Shown: positions 39,888 to 50,844 of the stretch, in pieces
Numbering within the stretch: the stretch's first letter is position 1
Layout of the letters: every line of letters begins with the position of its first letter
NCBI GenBank assembly: GCA_963663405.2
Contig: CAXXSM010000132.1
Location: forward strand, 64,001 to 128,000
Length of the DNA: 64,000 bases
Direction of reading: 5' to 3'
DNA from: a bacterium
GTDB lineage: Bacteria; Hinthialibacterota; Hinthialibacteria; Hinthialibacterales; Hinthialibacteraceae
The notes under the pieces: generated by a model
Seen by the model: only the letters and a program-made list of their open reading frames with translations
Told to the model about the DNA's origin: nothing
The model's database searches: none
Translations under genes and position numbers: made by a program

Positions 39888-40151
39888 ATGCTTGTCTTAA
39901 GCCGCAAGAAGGATGAAAGCATTATAATCGGTGATGACGTCGTCATCACTGTTGTGGATATCAAGGGCGAACAGGTTAAAATCGGCGTCACCGCGCCGAA
40001 AAGCGTCTCTATCCACCGCAAGGAGGTCTATGAGGCCATCCAAAAAGAGAATAAAGCCGCCGCCCAAGCCAATCTCACCAATCTCACTGGCCTCATCAAG
40101 GTTCTCCAAACTCAACAAACCACCGGCGAAGAATCCCCTGCAAAGAAATAA
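39888..40151 (+). CDS. csrA: Carbon storage regulator CsrA
   Basis: [17 protein letters not shown]...[19 protein letters not shown]. Confidence 0.95.
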   Translation: MLVLSRKKDESIIIGDDVVITVVDIKGEQVKIGVTAPKSVSIHRKEVYEAIQKENKAAAQANLTNLTGLIKVLQTQQTTGEESPAKK

Positions 40152-40234
40152 TACATTCTATTTTCTTTTACTTGGCACACTATTTGCAATTTAATCCCAA
40201 TCAGCGCCCCATAGTTACCGAAGGAGAGGAAAAA

Positions 40235-41422
40235 ATGGCCGATCGATTTATTCCGATTAGGCAAAATGTTCAGCCTGCGGTTTTAGTTCAGCCGCCAATA
40301 CTGCCGGATTCCTACAATCCGGAAGGCCCCTCCGATCTTTCTTTTGAAAGCGTTCTCAGCCGTCAGCAGCTTTCCGCCGCCAATTTGAAAACCATGCGGA
40401 CACCGTCGTTTATGACTGTCCCATCCAACAGCGCCGCAGCCACTACGCCGTCCACACCCACAGCGTCCGTAAACGGCGTTACATTCACTGGACTGCAAGG
40501 CCCTGTTCAATCAATTGATCCGGAAGTACTGGAAACCAGTTCCAGTTTAATTTCAAATATGCCTGTTCAACATCCCCAGGGGAAAGCGCTGGAGAATGAG
40601 GTCATCAACAATTTGAAACAAGGACAAACATGGCGGAACGCTCCATCCGCGGATATAAACACAACAATTACGACTGCGGGAGAAAAGGGAATATCTCAAT
40701 CTCTGCCTCCAAATCAGAAAATGTCAATGAAAGCTTCTTTTTCTCCCGCCTCTTTCCCGCAAAACACCGGACGCCTATCAAGAGCCGGTTCGATGATATC
40801 TCAATACACGCCTGATCAGGCGCCACTGACGAACCAACCGGCTTTTGGAACTATGGCGGCGCCGCAGAACACGGCTGGGAACGCGGTTTCCTCCGAACAA
40901 TCCATCGTTCCTGAAATGTCCATGCCGGCGGTCTATCAACAAGCGCTGGCCGCTTCCTCCACCGCGCCGGTCGGAGAGACTCCGCATACGGACGCGCGCA
41001 AAACACAGTTCAATACCGGGGAACGGACTCATCCACAACCATCCAAACGGAAGGGATTTTTCCAAGCCGCTGGTTCAATCTTCACGAATCTGGCCAGTGG
41101 TTTGACGTTTGGTATATTCCGGCCAAAAGGGGAAGAAGCGCCCCAAGGATTGGCCCGTGTCGCCTATCCGTTCAAGAAACTTGTATGGGATACGCCGAAA
41201 TCCATTATCGTCGATACGCCCGTGGGGATCTATCATTCAGCGGGTCAGGCGTTCAATAAAGGAAAAGACGCTTCATCAAATCCCGAAATCGCTTCGGCCT
41301 CCACGGCGCCGGGCACGGACAACTCCATCGCCGAAAACTCTCGGAGAAGACGCGCTCCCCGCTTTTCCATCGATTCCACCCGTCTGAGCCTACAGCCAAA
41401 ACGCCGCTCTCTTGTTACCTAA
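40235..41422 (+). CDS. Low-complexity Ser/Pro/Thr-rich hypothetical protein
   Basis: AGGAGAGG RBS before MADRF; mostly disordered with a C-terminal amphipathic block. Confidence 0.65.
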   Translation: MADRFIPIRQNVQPAVLVQPPILPDSYNPEGPSDLSFESVLSRQQLSAANLKTMRTPSFMTVPSNSAAATTPSTPTASVNGVTFTGLQGPVQSIDPEVLETSSSLISNMPVQHPQGKALENEVINNLKQGQTWRNAPSADINTTITTAGEKGISQSLPPNQKMSMKASFSPASFPQNTGRLSRAGSMISQYTPDQAPLTNQPAFGTMAAPQNTAGNAVSSEQSIVPEMSMPAVYQQALAASSTAPVGETPHTDARKTQFNTGERTHPQPSKRKGFFQAAGSIFTNLASGLTFGIFRPKGEEAPQGLARVAYPFKKLVWDTPKSIIVDTPVGIYHSAGQAFNKGKDASSNPEIASASTAPGTDNSIAENSRRRRAPRFSIDSTRLSLQPKRRSLVT

Positions 41423-41603
41423 AGAATCCCCCGTGATGTAAGGATCTTTTTCAACCGCTAATTCCGTATGGGGAAATAAGACGTAAGACGCATTTTTCTT
41501 TCCCAGGGAGCTTCCAGGCTTCCATTTCTCATAGTATGGTTATAATTTACATGATATATTTTTTTGGCAGAACCTAAAAAGGAGTAACAAGAAGGAGAAA
41601 GAA

Positions 41604-41837
41604 ATGGCTGATCTGAGTGAACGATGGGAAGATAACGTAGCGGGTAAATATTACGTCGACAAGAACTGCATCGTATGCGCGCTTTGTGTCGAACAGGCGC
41701 CCGATATGTTCAAGGAAAGCGATGATGGCGATCACGATATCGTCTATAAGCAGCCGGAAAATGAAGACGAAGAGAATTTAATAAAGCAAATGATAGAAGA
41801 ATGCCCGGTTGAAGCGATCGGTGATGACGGCGAATAA
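41604..41837 (+). CDS. Ferredoxin
   Basis: CIVCALC...ECPVEAIG; AGGAG RBS. Confidence 0.92.
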   Translation: MADLSERWEDNVAGKYYVDKNCIVCALCVEQAPDMFKESDDGDHDIVYKQPENEDEENLIKQMIEECPVEAIGDDGE

Positions 41838-41862
41838 GTAAACCTATCTTTTAACGCAGCCT

Positions 41863-41887
41863 AAGACCCCTCGGTTCGAGGGGTCTT
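41863..41887. terminator. Hairpin between convergent genes
   Basis: AAGACCCCTCG-GTT-CGAGGGGTCTT. Confidence 0.75.
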
Positions 41888-41933
41888 GCTATTTGAAACG
41901 AGTAGCGGTTTGCGCCGTCCAGAGTTTTTTCTT

Positions 41934-44900
41934 CTAAAACAGGTTTTCCCAGTCGGTCTTTCTCAAGGTGTCCTTCAGCTGCGCAAACGCTTTTAGTAAA
42001 GCGGGTAATAGGGCGGCGCAGCGTTCAAGATGGTCTTCTTCCGCCATCCGTTCCATCTGATACGCGAGTTCCCGAAGCTGGCTCGCGCCGATATTGATGG
42101 CCATTCCACCGAGTTTGTGACTGTTTTTCTCTATCTGATTCAAATCCTCCGCTTCCACTGATTCTTTTAACTGTTGCATAATCTCCGGTGTATCGTCAAG
42201 AAAAATCTGGATAATTTCCTGGACGAGTTCCAATTCTCCATCCAGTTCTTTGATGAGATTTCGGGGATTGAATGTGTCGGATTCTTTTTTTTCGTAGACG
42301 TCTCTTCCTTCGACTCGTGACGGTTCTTCTTGAGGCGCCGGATCAATCGGGGGGACAGAATTTTCAGATGCGCAGTATTTTAAAAGGATTGCTTTCACCG
42401 TATCCTTTCTGATTGGTTTGGATAGATAATCATTCATACCCGCATTCAAACACTTTTGCCGATCCCCTTCCATCGCATAGGCGGTCATGGCCACAATCAG
42501 AGTATCCCGGGCGTCCGTTTCCAAATTCCGGATTTTCTTCACCGCTTCAAATCCATCCATGACAGGCATGGAACAATCCATAAATACAAGATCATACTTG
42601 AACCGCCGGACCGCCTTCACTGCTTTTTTACCGTTGTCGACGATTTCGACTTGGCAGCCAAGGTTTTCCAATATCGCTTTCGCTACTTCCTGGTTGACTT
42701 GATTATCTTCCACTAATAGAATCCGCGCCGCGATTTGTTGTGGTTTCTCCCCTGTCGTTTGTTCCGGTTCTCTTTCTTCTTTTAATATAGGAGAAGAAGT
42801 GGACTTCTCTTGAGTGTGTTGTTGATCGATAAACCAGCATTGCATCAGCGAATCAAGAAGATCGGAGGAACGGACCGGTTTTCGCAGACAAGAGGAAAAA
42901 CCAGTCTCTTTCATAAAACGTGAATCTCGCCGAATTATCGCAGAGGAGAGTAAAAGGAGGATGATATCGTTGATACAGCTGTCTTGTTTGATTGTTTTGG
43001 CGAGTTGGACGCCATCCATTTCAGCCATGTGGTGGTCCAACAAAGCAATATGATAGGGATAGCCCATTTTATGAGCGTTTCGCATCATTGCTAGCGCTTC
43101 CTTGCCGGATACGGCTGGATCGCAAGGCACATCCCATTTCGATAAGTATTCAATAATGATTCTTCTGTTAATAGCGTTGTCATCCACTACAATGGCGCGG
43201 AGTCCTGCGAGAGGAACTTTGGAAATGATTTTCTCTTCATCTTGTTGATGTAAGCGCAATTTGATTTTGAACTGAAAAATGGAACCTATCCCTAATGTGC
43301 TCTCAACTTCGAGCTTTCCCCCCATGATCTTCACAAGTTGTCTACTGATTGCCAGTCCCAGACCGGTTCCTCCATACCGGCGTGTAATCGATGTATCCGC
43401 TTGGGAAAACTGTTTAAAGATTGTTTGTTGTTTATCCCTCGCTATACCGGCGCCGGTGTCTTCCACTCGGATGCGAACGATGGCTTTGTCATTGACGAGA
43501 TGTTTGCAATCAACGTCGATCAATACATAACCCTTCTCAGTAAATTTCACAGCGTTTCCGACCAGATTCATCAGAACCTGCCGTATCCGTACAGGATCCC
43601 CAATGAAATGACTAGGAACGTCGGGCATATAACGAATCATCAGATCAATATTTTTTTCCGGCGCTTTCACTCCGATCAATTGCCCCACTTGTTCGACGAT
43701 AGTTCGCAGATTGAATGGAATGGATTCGATTTCGAGTTTTCCCGCTTCGATTTTTGAAAAATCGAGAATATCGTTCAATATTGTCAGAAGCGCAGAAGCC
43801 GAATTCGCGATTGTTTCGGCATAGTCTCGTTGTTGTGCGCTGAGCGAGGCGCCGAGAAGAAGATCCGTCATACCGACAATTCCATTCATGGGTGTGCGGA
43901 TTTCATGGCTCATATTGGCCAGGAACTCGCTCTTGGCGATGTTTGCCTTTTCGGCCTCTAACCGGGCTTTTTCGAGGCTGCGATTTGTTCTTTCCAACTC
44001 CTGAGCGTACGTATTCAGTTGTTCTTCCACCTGTTTACGTTCAGTAATATCACGGATGATTCCTATAGCGTTCCATTTCCCTTTCAGATTCATCGCAGCC
44101 AGTGAAATCTCAATAGGAAATTCCGTTCCGTCTCTTCGCATGGCCGACAATTCAAGGAATTGGCCGATCGCGCCGCCTTCCCCGGTTTGCTGAAACTGCT
44201 TAAATCCGTTTTCAAAAGCAACGTGATATTTCTTGGGGGCAAGAAGCTTGTGCATATCCTTGCCGATCGCCTCTTCTTTGGTCCATCCAAAAATTGTCTC
44301 CGCCGCGTTGTTCCAGAAGGAGATCCGGCCTTCGGAATCCATCATCAGAATCGCATCCTGGGCATATAGACTGATCGTTCGTATCCGTTCTTCGCTCTCA
44401 AGCAGGCTTTCCTCCGCCTGTTTGCGTTCTGTGATATCTTCTCCCGAACTGAATAAACCCGTAATAGCGCCGGAATAATCCTTGAGAAGGCTGTTATGCC
44501 AATATATAATTCTTTCCTCACCGCTTTTCGTAACAATTGGATTTTCAAAAATTTCATATAAATTCAATGCGCCGGAAAGTGTATTTTCAATAACTGTTCG
44601 GAGCGTTTCTCGACTTTGGTATGGCAAGAAATTGTCAATCCAATTCTTGCCAAGAATCTCATCTTCACAATAGCCTAGGATTTGGCAGCCTTTCTTATTG
44701 ATCAGAGTTACATTGCATTCCGTATCCAAAGCCAGTAGAATGACTCCGGCGATGTCCAGATACATCTGGGCCCGGTCACGTTCCGCCCGCAGCGCCTCTT
44801 CCGCCCGTTTTTGGGAACAAAGCCGCCCCAGCGTGGCGGCGTACAGGCAGAGCAACTCACAATCCCGCTCATATATAGGCTGTCCGCGTAGAAGATTGTC

Positions 44901-46049
44901 GATCGTTATATATCCCATAAATGAATCGCCATCCCAAATTCCTGTGGAGACGGCCGATCCGCGACCCACGACGATGTGTTCTTGGTTAAAAAGCGGATGA
45001 TCATTTTGCAAAAGATACCGTTCTTTTTGCGTGCGGAGTTCTTGGATCTCTTCATATTCCGAAACCAACAATCGTTGATCGCGTTCATCGCGAATTTGGC
45101 CGGTTTCGTCGATCCCGAATGTGCCCTGCATCGTATTGGGTTCTATCGTATCCACAAACCAGATTCCCAACCGTTCAAAGCCCAACCGGCTTTGCCCAAG
45201 TTCCACCGCGCGGCGACACAACTCATCGAACGAAGCGATGGTGGATAGTTCATTATTCACTTCCGTCAGCGTCTTTAGTTTATGTTGATATTGAAGTTCG
45301 ATCTCTTCCCGTTCCCGCAACGCCTTCTCAACGGTTTTTCGCTTGGTAATATCCAGTGTGTATTCGATGATCTGGTCTACATCCCCTTTCTCATCCAAAA
45401 TCGGGAAGGAATGCACTTCGAGATGAATCACCTTTCCACTGTTGTCGTGGTGGATATGCTCGACGACTGCCGGTTGTTTGGTTTGTACGACTTGTTGCAG
45501 GGGACAGGGATGTTCGTGAGAATCGCAAGGCGTTTTCCGGTCGTGTGTCAGAGCGTAGCAGGTGGATCCCTTCAAGGAATCCGTGGTTTGAGCGGCGGAA
45601 TTGCATAACGCAACGGTGAAATCCTTGGTGTTGATGACATAAAAGGGATGCGAAAGAGATTCCAATATAGTATTTAAAAACTCATTTTTTTTTCGGAGTT
45701 CTTCTTCGGACCGCTTTGTTTTTTTTCGGGCGGCCTCCGCTTGTTGGGACAGTCTTCTTAATTCTTTTTGTTGATTTAATAAATAGGTGTTATAGGCGAG
45801 AAACTCCTCATTTCTGGCTTTTAACTCTTCGGATTGCCAGTAGAGATTATCTGTGGTTTCTTTCAGATGGCTTTCCGTTTTTTTTTGTTCGTCTTCCATT
45901 TGTTGCAGATTGACCACAAGCTGGTTGATGCCCTCCACCAACTGGTCCAGTGGATCGTCTTCTCCGGAGAGAGGGAGCCGGATCGAGTAATCACCTTCCA
46001 CGGCTTTCTTGACTGCGCTAATGAATTCATTCACTCGTTCGCTCTTCAT
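41934..46049 (-). CDS. Cytoplasmic hybrid histidine kinase (HAMP-PAS-GAF-PAS-PAS-HK-REC-REC-HPt)
   Basis: FLANMSHEIRTPMNG, NLVGNAVKFT, GGTGLGL, two REC domains, HPt SHKLGG. Confidence 0.93.
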   Translation of the reverse strand: MKSERVNEFISAVKKAVEGDYSIRLPLSGEDDPLDQLVEGINQLVVNLQQMEDEQKKTESHLKETTDNLYWQSEELKARNEEFLAYNTYLLNQQKELRRLSQQAEAARKKTKRSEEELRKKNEFLNTILESLSHPFYVINTKDFTVALCNSAAQTTDSLKGSTCYALTHDRKTPCDSHEHPCPLQQVVQTKQPAVVEHIHHDNSGKVIHLEVHSFPILDEKGDVDQIIEYTLDITKRKTVEKALREREEIELQYQHKLKTLTEVNNELSTIASFDELCRRAVELGQSRLGFERLGIWFVDTIEPNTMQGTFGIDETGQIRDERDQRLLVSEYEEIQELRTQKERYLLQNDHPLFNQEHIVVGRGSAVSTGIWDGDSFMGYITIDNLLRGQPIYERDCELLCLYAATLGRLCSQKRAEEALRAERDRAQMYLDIAGVILLALDTECNVTLINKKGCQILGYCEDEILGKNWIDNFLPYQSRETLRTVIENTLSGALNLYEIFENPIVTKSGEERIIYWHNSLLKDYSGAITGLFSSGEDITERKQAEESLLESEERIRTISLYAQDAILMMDSEGRISFWNNAAETIFGWTKEEAIGKDMHKLLAPKKYHVAFENGFKQFQQTGEGGAIGQFLELSAMRRDGTEFPIEISLAAMNLKGKWNAIGIIRDITERKQVEEQLNTYAQELERTNRSLEKARLEAEKANIAKSEFLANMSHEIRTPMNGIVGMTDLLLGASLSAQQRDYAETIANSASALLTILNDILDFSKIEAGKLEIESIPFNLRTIVEQVGQLIGVKAPEKNIDLMIRYMPDVPSHFIGDPVRIRQVLMNLVGNAVKFTEKGYVLIDVDCKHLVNDKAIVRIRVEDTGAGIARDKQQTIFKQFSQADTSITRRYGGTGLGLAISRQLVKIMGGKLEVESTLGIGSIFQFKIKLRLHQQDEEKIISKVPLAGLRAIVVDDNAINRRIIIEYLSKWDVPCDPAVSGKEALAMMRNAHKMGYPYHIALLDHHMAEMDGVQLAKTIKQDSCINDIILLLLSSAIIRRDSRFMKETGFSSCLRKPVRSSDLLDSLMQCWFIDQQHTQEKSTSSPILKEEREPEQTTGEKPQQIAARILLVEDNQVNQEVAKAILENLGCQVEIVDNGKKAVKAVRRFKYDLVFMDCSMPVMDGFEAVKKIRNLETDARDTLIVAMTAYAMEGDRQKCLNAGMNDYLSKPIRKDTVKAILLKYCASENSVPPIDPAPQEEPSRVEGRDVYEKKESDTFNPRNLIKELDGELELVQEIIQIFLDDTPEIMQQLKESVEAEDLNQIEKNSHKLGGMAINIGASQLRELAYQMERMAEEDHLERCAALLPALLKAFAQLKDTLRKTDWENLF

Positions 46050-46106
46050 ATCACACTCCTAAAGGAATGCTGTCGGCGGGAAACATTTCGTTAATCCGGA
46101 TTCCTT

Positions 46107-46853
46107 TCATGTGAAGATCTTTCCTTCATGCGCGATTTGAAATGTCGCGGTTTTGAACTTGTTCGCCTGGAGCATGAAGCGTTCCACAATCGATCGATCC
46201 AGGTATTCACGAACAAAAATGATCGTGGAAAAAAACAAAGAAGTCCCTAAATAACAACCACCGATCCCAAAAACTGTCTTAATAGAATGTGTTGTTACAA
46301 AATCCTGGGCGGCAATGATTTTCCGGCCTTGCTGATCCACTTCAGACTGGGCGTCCCGGACATAAAATACTCCACTTATATTCTCAAAACTTTTCGCAAC
46401 GAGTTCTGTGTCATTATTGTCGATCCAATCGATTCCCGCGCCAAGTTGTTTTAACAGACGAGACATCATAGGGATTCGGTCGATATAATCCGAAGATATC
46501 ATAGGAATTCCCTTATGGTCTTTAGAATGACGACGATCGTTCCATTCCGGTTTGGCGCCCCGGCTTGCTAGAAGAGACAAGACCATTGTCTGATCCTCTA
46601 TCCGTTCGTTGATGGCGGCCGACCGGGCAAGATTCATTGCAAATTCCTGGTTCTCTTTAGGGAGATTTCCAAACGGGATCATAATGAATAGACGGGCTAG
46701 AACGATAGAATCATACAATTCCTCATAGAGAATAGTCATATAGCATTGTGCGGCCTCTTCCAAACTGGGAAATTGACTAACCTGCGCGGCGATTTTGTCC
46801 TGTAGACAAACGAGATCTTTCAATGATAGCGCGCTGATTAAACTCATCATCAC
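46107..46853 (-). CDS. Conserved hypothetical protein, GAF-like, between two kinases
   Basis: 248-aa ORF with GAGGTG RBS; LARLF, WNDRRHS..H..IP, IPMMSRL, FYVRDA, AQDFV, VFGIGG. Confidence 0.7.
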   Translation of the reverse strand: MMMSLISALSLKDLVCLQDKIAAQVSQFPSLEEAAQCYMTILYEELYDSIVLARLFIMIPFGNLPKENQEFAMNLARSAAINERIEDQTMVLSLLASRGAKPEWNDRRHSKDHKGIPMISSDYIDRIPMMSRLLKQLGAGIDWIDNNDTELVAKSFENISGVFYVRDAQSEVDQQGRKIIAAQDFVTTHSIKTVFGIGGCYLGTSLFFSTIIFVREYLDRSIVERFMLQANKFKTATFQIAHEGKIFT

Positions 46854-46932
46854 CTCTTATGAATCACTACTTTCCACTCTTGCGCCGAGTCTGTGTGTTG
46901 GAACCGGATTTTTCAGGATGTCAGATAAACCG

Positions 46933-49900
46933 TTATTGATCCAATACATCTCTCACCTTTCGCGTTAACGCCTCCGGCGCCATTGGTTTTTGAAGAAAGG
47001 CCAGCCCTTCCTCCAATACGCCGTGGTGAACGATCGCGTTATCTGTATATCCCGACATGTAAAGCACTTTCATCTCCGGAAATGTAGATTCCAATTGTTT
47101 GGCCAAAACCGGCCCGCTTATCCCCGGCATCACGACATCGGTCAATAGGAGATGAATAACACCTTTGCGCCGTTCGCAGAGATGGATCGCTTCACTGCCG
47201 TTCTTCGCTTCTAGAATGGTGTACCCCTGCGCCTCCAATATCCGGTGGACCAGTTTTCTTACATTTGCGTCATCTTCCACCAGCAGGATCGTTTCCTCCC
47301 CGGCGAACGATTTCAACAGTTTGGGCTCCCTTGGCGCCGGTTCCTTTCGTTCCTCGATACGGGGAAGGTAGATCTTAAACGTTGTGCCATTCCCTGGTTC
47401 GCTGTAGACCCAGATGTTTCCGCCGCTCTGTTTCACGATGCCATACACAGTCGAGAGGCCCAGCCCGGTTCCTTTCCCCCGTTCCTTGGTCGTAAAAAAA
47501 GGATCGAAGATTCTTTCCAAGGTTTTTTTGTCCATGCCGCAGCCGGTGTCACTGACCGCCAGCATGACATGGGGCCCCGGTTGGGCGCTGACATGCTTTT
47601 CTATATAGGATTCATCTAAGACCACATTGGCCGTTTCAATCGTTAGTTTGCCCCCATTGGGCATGGCGTCGCGGGCATTCACCGCCAGATTCATAACAAT
47701 CTGTTCGATTTGACCGGGATCCACGTTGACTAAATCCAGCGTTGGATGAAGGAGCGTAACCAATTCGATGTTCTCTCCAATCAGGCGTTGCAGCATTTTA
47801 TCCACATTCACAAGTAAATCATTGAGGTTGAGGATTTTTGGCTCGAGAACTTGCTTGCGGCTGAACGCAAGAAGCTGGCGTGTTAATGACACGGCCCGTT
47901 CACTGGCTTTCTGAATCTCTTCCACATCCTCACGAAGATGCTGATCGCGTCGGATCCCTTTCAAAACAAAATCACAAAAGCCTCGGATCACCAACAATAT
48001 ATTATTAAAATCATGCGCCACCCCCCCCGCCAATTGCCCAATGGCCTCCATCTTCTGCGCTTGACGGAGCTTTTCTTCAAGATTCTTGCGGTCGGTGATG
48101 TCTTTTGCTAGACCAGCTATGGCGATTGGAGTTCCGTGCGCGTCTTTGAGGAGTGTGGTGGTCATCAGCGTGGGGAAGGGGGCGCCATCTCTGCGTATGT
48201 GACCTAATTCACCCATGTGGAATCCCTCCTCCATGACTTTCTTGTTGAAAGGGATCACATCTTCCTCTAGCTGTTTCTCATTGTGGAATATTTTGAGGTT
48301 TTTATTAACTAATGTTTCTTCTGATTCGTAGCCGTGCATATGCGCCCAAGCAGGATTCGCGAACAGGATGTCGCCGTTTATATTGGTGATAGCGATGCCC
48401 TCGGAGGACTGTTCCACCACGGACGAAAGAAATCTAATCCTCTCCTCCGTCTGCTTGCGCACGGTGATCTCCTGCTCCAACGATCTGTTGGTCGCCGCCA
48501 GTTCGCTTGTACGCCGCGCCACTAGTTTGTCGAGCCATATATAGCGGGAGATCGCGTAGCCGAACGATAACAGAAGAAGGACGGATCCCAGCGCCGTGGC
48601 CAACAGAAAACTGGGTTGTTTATACCAAGGCGTTAAAACAGTGAACTCGCAGGAGGCGGGTGAAGGATCGACGTTCCAATTCCTGTCCATCGCCCGGACG
48701 GCGAAATGGTGAATTCCCGGAGTTAATCCTGTTGCGGATATTACGGTATCAGGACTGAAAGGGGACCATGGATTTTCATCGATACGATAGGAAAACAACA
48801 GCCTTTCCGCGCTGGTGTATCTCCACTTGTCAATCCCGGAGAACACAAAATCAATCGATCCCTTGTGAGAGATCTCTTTCCGGTTGCCCTCCTGAGAAAT
48901 CAATGTATTCGGCGGATCGGGATCTGTTTCCGGGTGATAGAGAAACAGGCCTTGCGCGGTACTGGCCCAGATCCGGCCGCGGCTGTCTTCAATCACTTGA
49001 TAGATTCTTGCGTCCGGAAGACCATCCTCATATGTGTAGGATACCCATGTGCCTTCCGCATAGCGGTGCACTCCGCTCCCCGATCCTACCCAGACGCTGC
49101 CATCGCGGCTTTGGAACATGAATCGGACCGTCTCTAACATAGAGGAGCGAATCATTTTCCACTTCCCGGCGCCGTACTCGTATATTTCATCTCTCCCGCC
49201 AAACCATAGGCGATTATTATTCAATTCAACACTGGTATTGGCTCCTTTGCCATGATAGCCGTCTTTGGAATCAATAATGTTAAGGTTCCCCTCTCTAATG
49301 ACTCCCAATCCTTCTGTGCCGCTGAGCCAAAGATCTCCATTCGTTGTCTCTCGAACCACCGACGTAAATTCCCCAGTTCGGGAAACATCGATATGGTCAA
49401 TATACTTACGAAACCGCTGTCCGTCGTAGATATCCAAACGGCGGGATCCGTCTGTATTTCTCAATAGAACCCAAAGGCTGGTTTCGTCTCTTCGATAAAT
49501 GTTTTCAATTTCCAAGGACTCCGGATGAGAGAGTAACGTGAATTCTTCATTGGAAATGTCGAATAAAAGAATCTGATTATAGGAGCCGATACAAAGGACA
49601 AGAGTATGGTTGGATAAAGAATAAAAAGACTCCGCCTTGTTATTGGCTATTTCATGCCCCGCGGGGAGAGGGTAGGACTTACTCTCTCCATCATGCAGTA
49701 AACACAGTTGATTTTGCTTGGTGTACCATAAATAATTGTTGGGATATTCAAGGATTCCAAAAACCGATTCGTCTAGAGTATCCGCTTCGCGGGGAGGTCT
49801 CCACAACGGAGGCGCGTACCGGGCTAAACCCGCGAGTCCGGCAATCCAAAAAATTCCGTTTGGCTCGACGGCTGTTTGATTGATCCAGCTAGAGGTGATC

Positions 49901-50844
49901 TTATTTCTTCTCGCAACCTCCGTGCGATTGTTTTGCGTGTACGATACTTCGCTCGTGGAGGGGTGATTCGCGCCCGTGAGCCTCCACAGTTTCCCATCAT
50001 CGCCCCTCCAACCCGCAAAGATTTCTTTGCCGGACGATTCCGGTACGACGCTCCATATCCGATCGTTTAAATGGACTAACACATTCCGGTTTGTCTCCAT
50101 GGATACGGCGGTTCCGAACACCTCGCCCTTCTCGCCTTCAAAGCATTTTGTCAGCGATCGAAGTCCAGCGTTTTCCGGGAATGGAAATTCATGCCATGCC
50201 GGGATTGAAGAGTCTCTCTCCTCTGTGTCAAGGAATTTGGCTAAGCCTTTTTCGGCTGTGATCCATACGCCGCCGTCGCGGGCGGTTGACATTTCGATAA
50301 ACCGGCCCAGCGCTGTCTCTTCGACATGTTTCAGAATTTCGGTCTGCCGGATTGTGGCGGAAAACCTCATCAGGCGGTCCGGCAGAAGAAAAATAACTCG
50401 ATCGCGCAAGGGAGTCATAAATGAGATCGGGCAAAGTTCAAAACTGGATTTTCGCTGCCATCCAATCTCACTGACTTCGATTTTTTGCCATTGACCGTCA
50501 AAAAATTTCAGAAATCCACCCGGAGAGCCGGGATAAATGGACCATAATTCTTGCGCCTTGTTTTCATATACTAGAATATGAGGTCCGGGACTCGGAAGGT
50601 TGCGAAATGAATATCCATCGTAAACGGTCATCTCGTCCACTTCACCGTGACTGATATAAATCTTCCCGGAGGGGCCGATGGTTAGGGCGCTGACCCACGT
50701 TTCCGCAAGACCGTCCCGTGAAGTGAAGAGCCGCCAATGCAGTGGAGTTTGAGCCTCTGCTTTCCCGCCAACCGTGAATAACAACAGGATACACAGACAT
50801 ATTCTTAAGATGTCTTTATTTATAGAGTAAATCAGGTTGGACAT
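46933..50844 (-). CDS. Hybrid sensor kinase (beta-propeller/Y_Y_Y-like sensor, TM, PAS, HK, REC)
   Basis: Signal peptide, propeller repeats (DG.VWVG), PWYKQ then TM, GGVAHDFNNIL, NARDAMP, LLLTDVVMP. Confidence 0.93.
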   Translation of the reverse strand: MSNLIYSINKDILRICLCILLLFTVGGKAEAQTPLHWRLFTSRDGLAETWVSALTIGPSGKIYISHGEVDEMTVYDGYSFRNLPSPGPHILVYENKAQELWSIYPGSPGGFLKFFDGQWQKIEVSEIGWQRKSSFELCPISFMTPLRDRVIFLLPDRLMRFSATIRQTEILKHVEETALGRFIEMSTARDGGVWITAEKGLAKFLDTEERDSSIPAWHEFPFPENAGLRSLTKCFEGEKGEVFGTAVSMETNRNVLVHLNDRIWSVVPESSGKEIFAGWRGDDGKLWRLTGANHPSTSEVSYTQNNRTEVARRNKITSSWINQTAVEPNGIFWIAGLAGLARYAPPLWRPPREADTLDESVFGILEYPNNYLWYTKQNQLCLLHDGESKSYPLPAGHEIANNKAESFYSLSNHTLVLCIGSYNQILLFDISNEEFTLLSHPESLEIENIYRRDETSLWVLLRNTDGSRRLDIYDGQRFRKYIDHIDVSRTGEFTSVVRETTNGDLWLSGTEGLGVIREGNLNIIDSKDGYHGKGANTSVELNNNRLWFGGRDEIYEYGAGKWKMIRSSMLETVRFMFQSRDGSVWVGSGSGVHRYAEGTWVSYTYEDGLPDARIYQVIEDSRGRIWASTAQGLFLYHPETDPDPPNTLISQEGNRKEISHKGSIDFVFSGIDKWRYTSAERLLFSYRIDENPWSPFSPDTVISATGLTPGIHHFAVRAMDRNWNVDPSPASCEFTVLTPWYKQPSFLLATALGSVLLLLSFGYAISRYIWLDKLVARRTSELAATNRSLEQEITVRKQTEERIRFLSSVVEQSSEGIAITNINGDILFANPAWAHMHGYESEETLVNKNLKIFHNEKQLEEDVIPFNKKVMEEGFHMGELGHIRRDGAPFPTLMTTTLLKDAHGTPIAIAGLAKDITDRKNLEEKLRQAQKMEAIGQLAGGVAHDFNNILLVIRGFCDFVLKGIRRDQHLREDVEEIQKASERAVSLTRQLLAFSRKQVLEPKILNLNDLLVNVDKMLQRLIGENIELVTLLHPTLDLVNVDPGQIEQIVMNLAVNARDAMPNGGKLTIETANVVLDESYIEKHVSAQPGPHVMLAVSDTGCGMDKKTLERIFDPFFTTKERGKGTGLGLSTVYGIVKQSGGNIWVYSEPGNGTTFKIYLPRIEERKEPAPREPKLLKSFAGEETILLVEDDANVRKLVHRILEAQGYTILEAKNGSEAIHLCERRKGVIHLLLTDVVMPGISGPVLAKQLESTFPEMKVLYMSGYTDNAIVHHGVLEEGLAFLQKPMAPEALTRKVRDVLDQ

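Noticed and set aside
41934-41960. Kinase C-terminus TDWENLF as another W-motif sorting signal
   Set aside because: Cytoplasmic protein, different spacing and no Val; likely coincidence.
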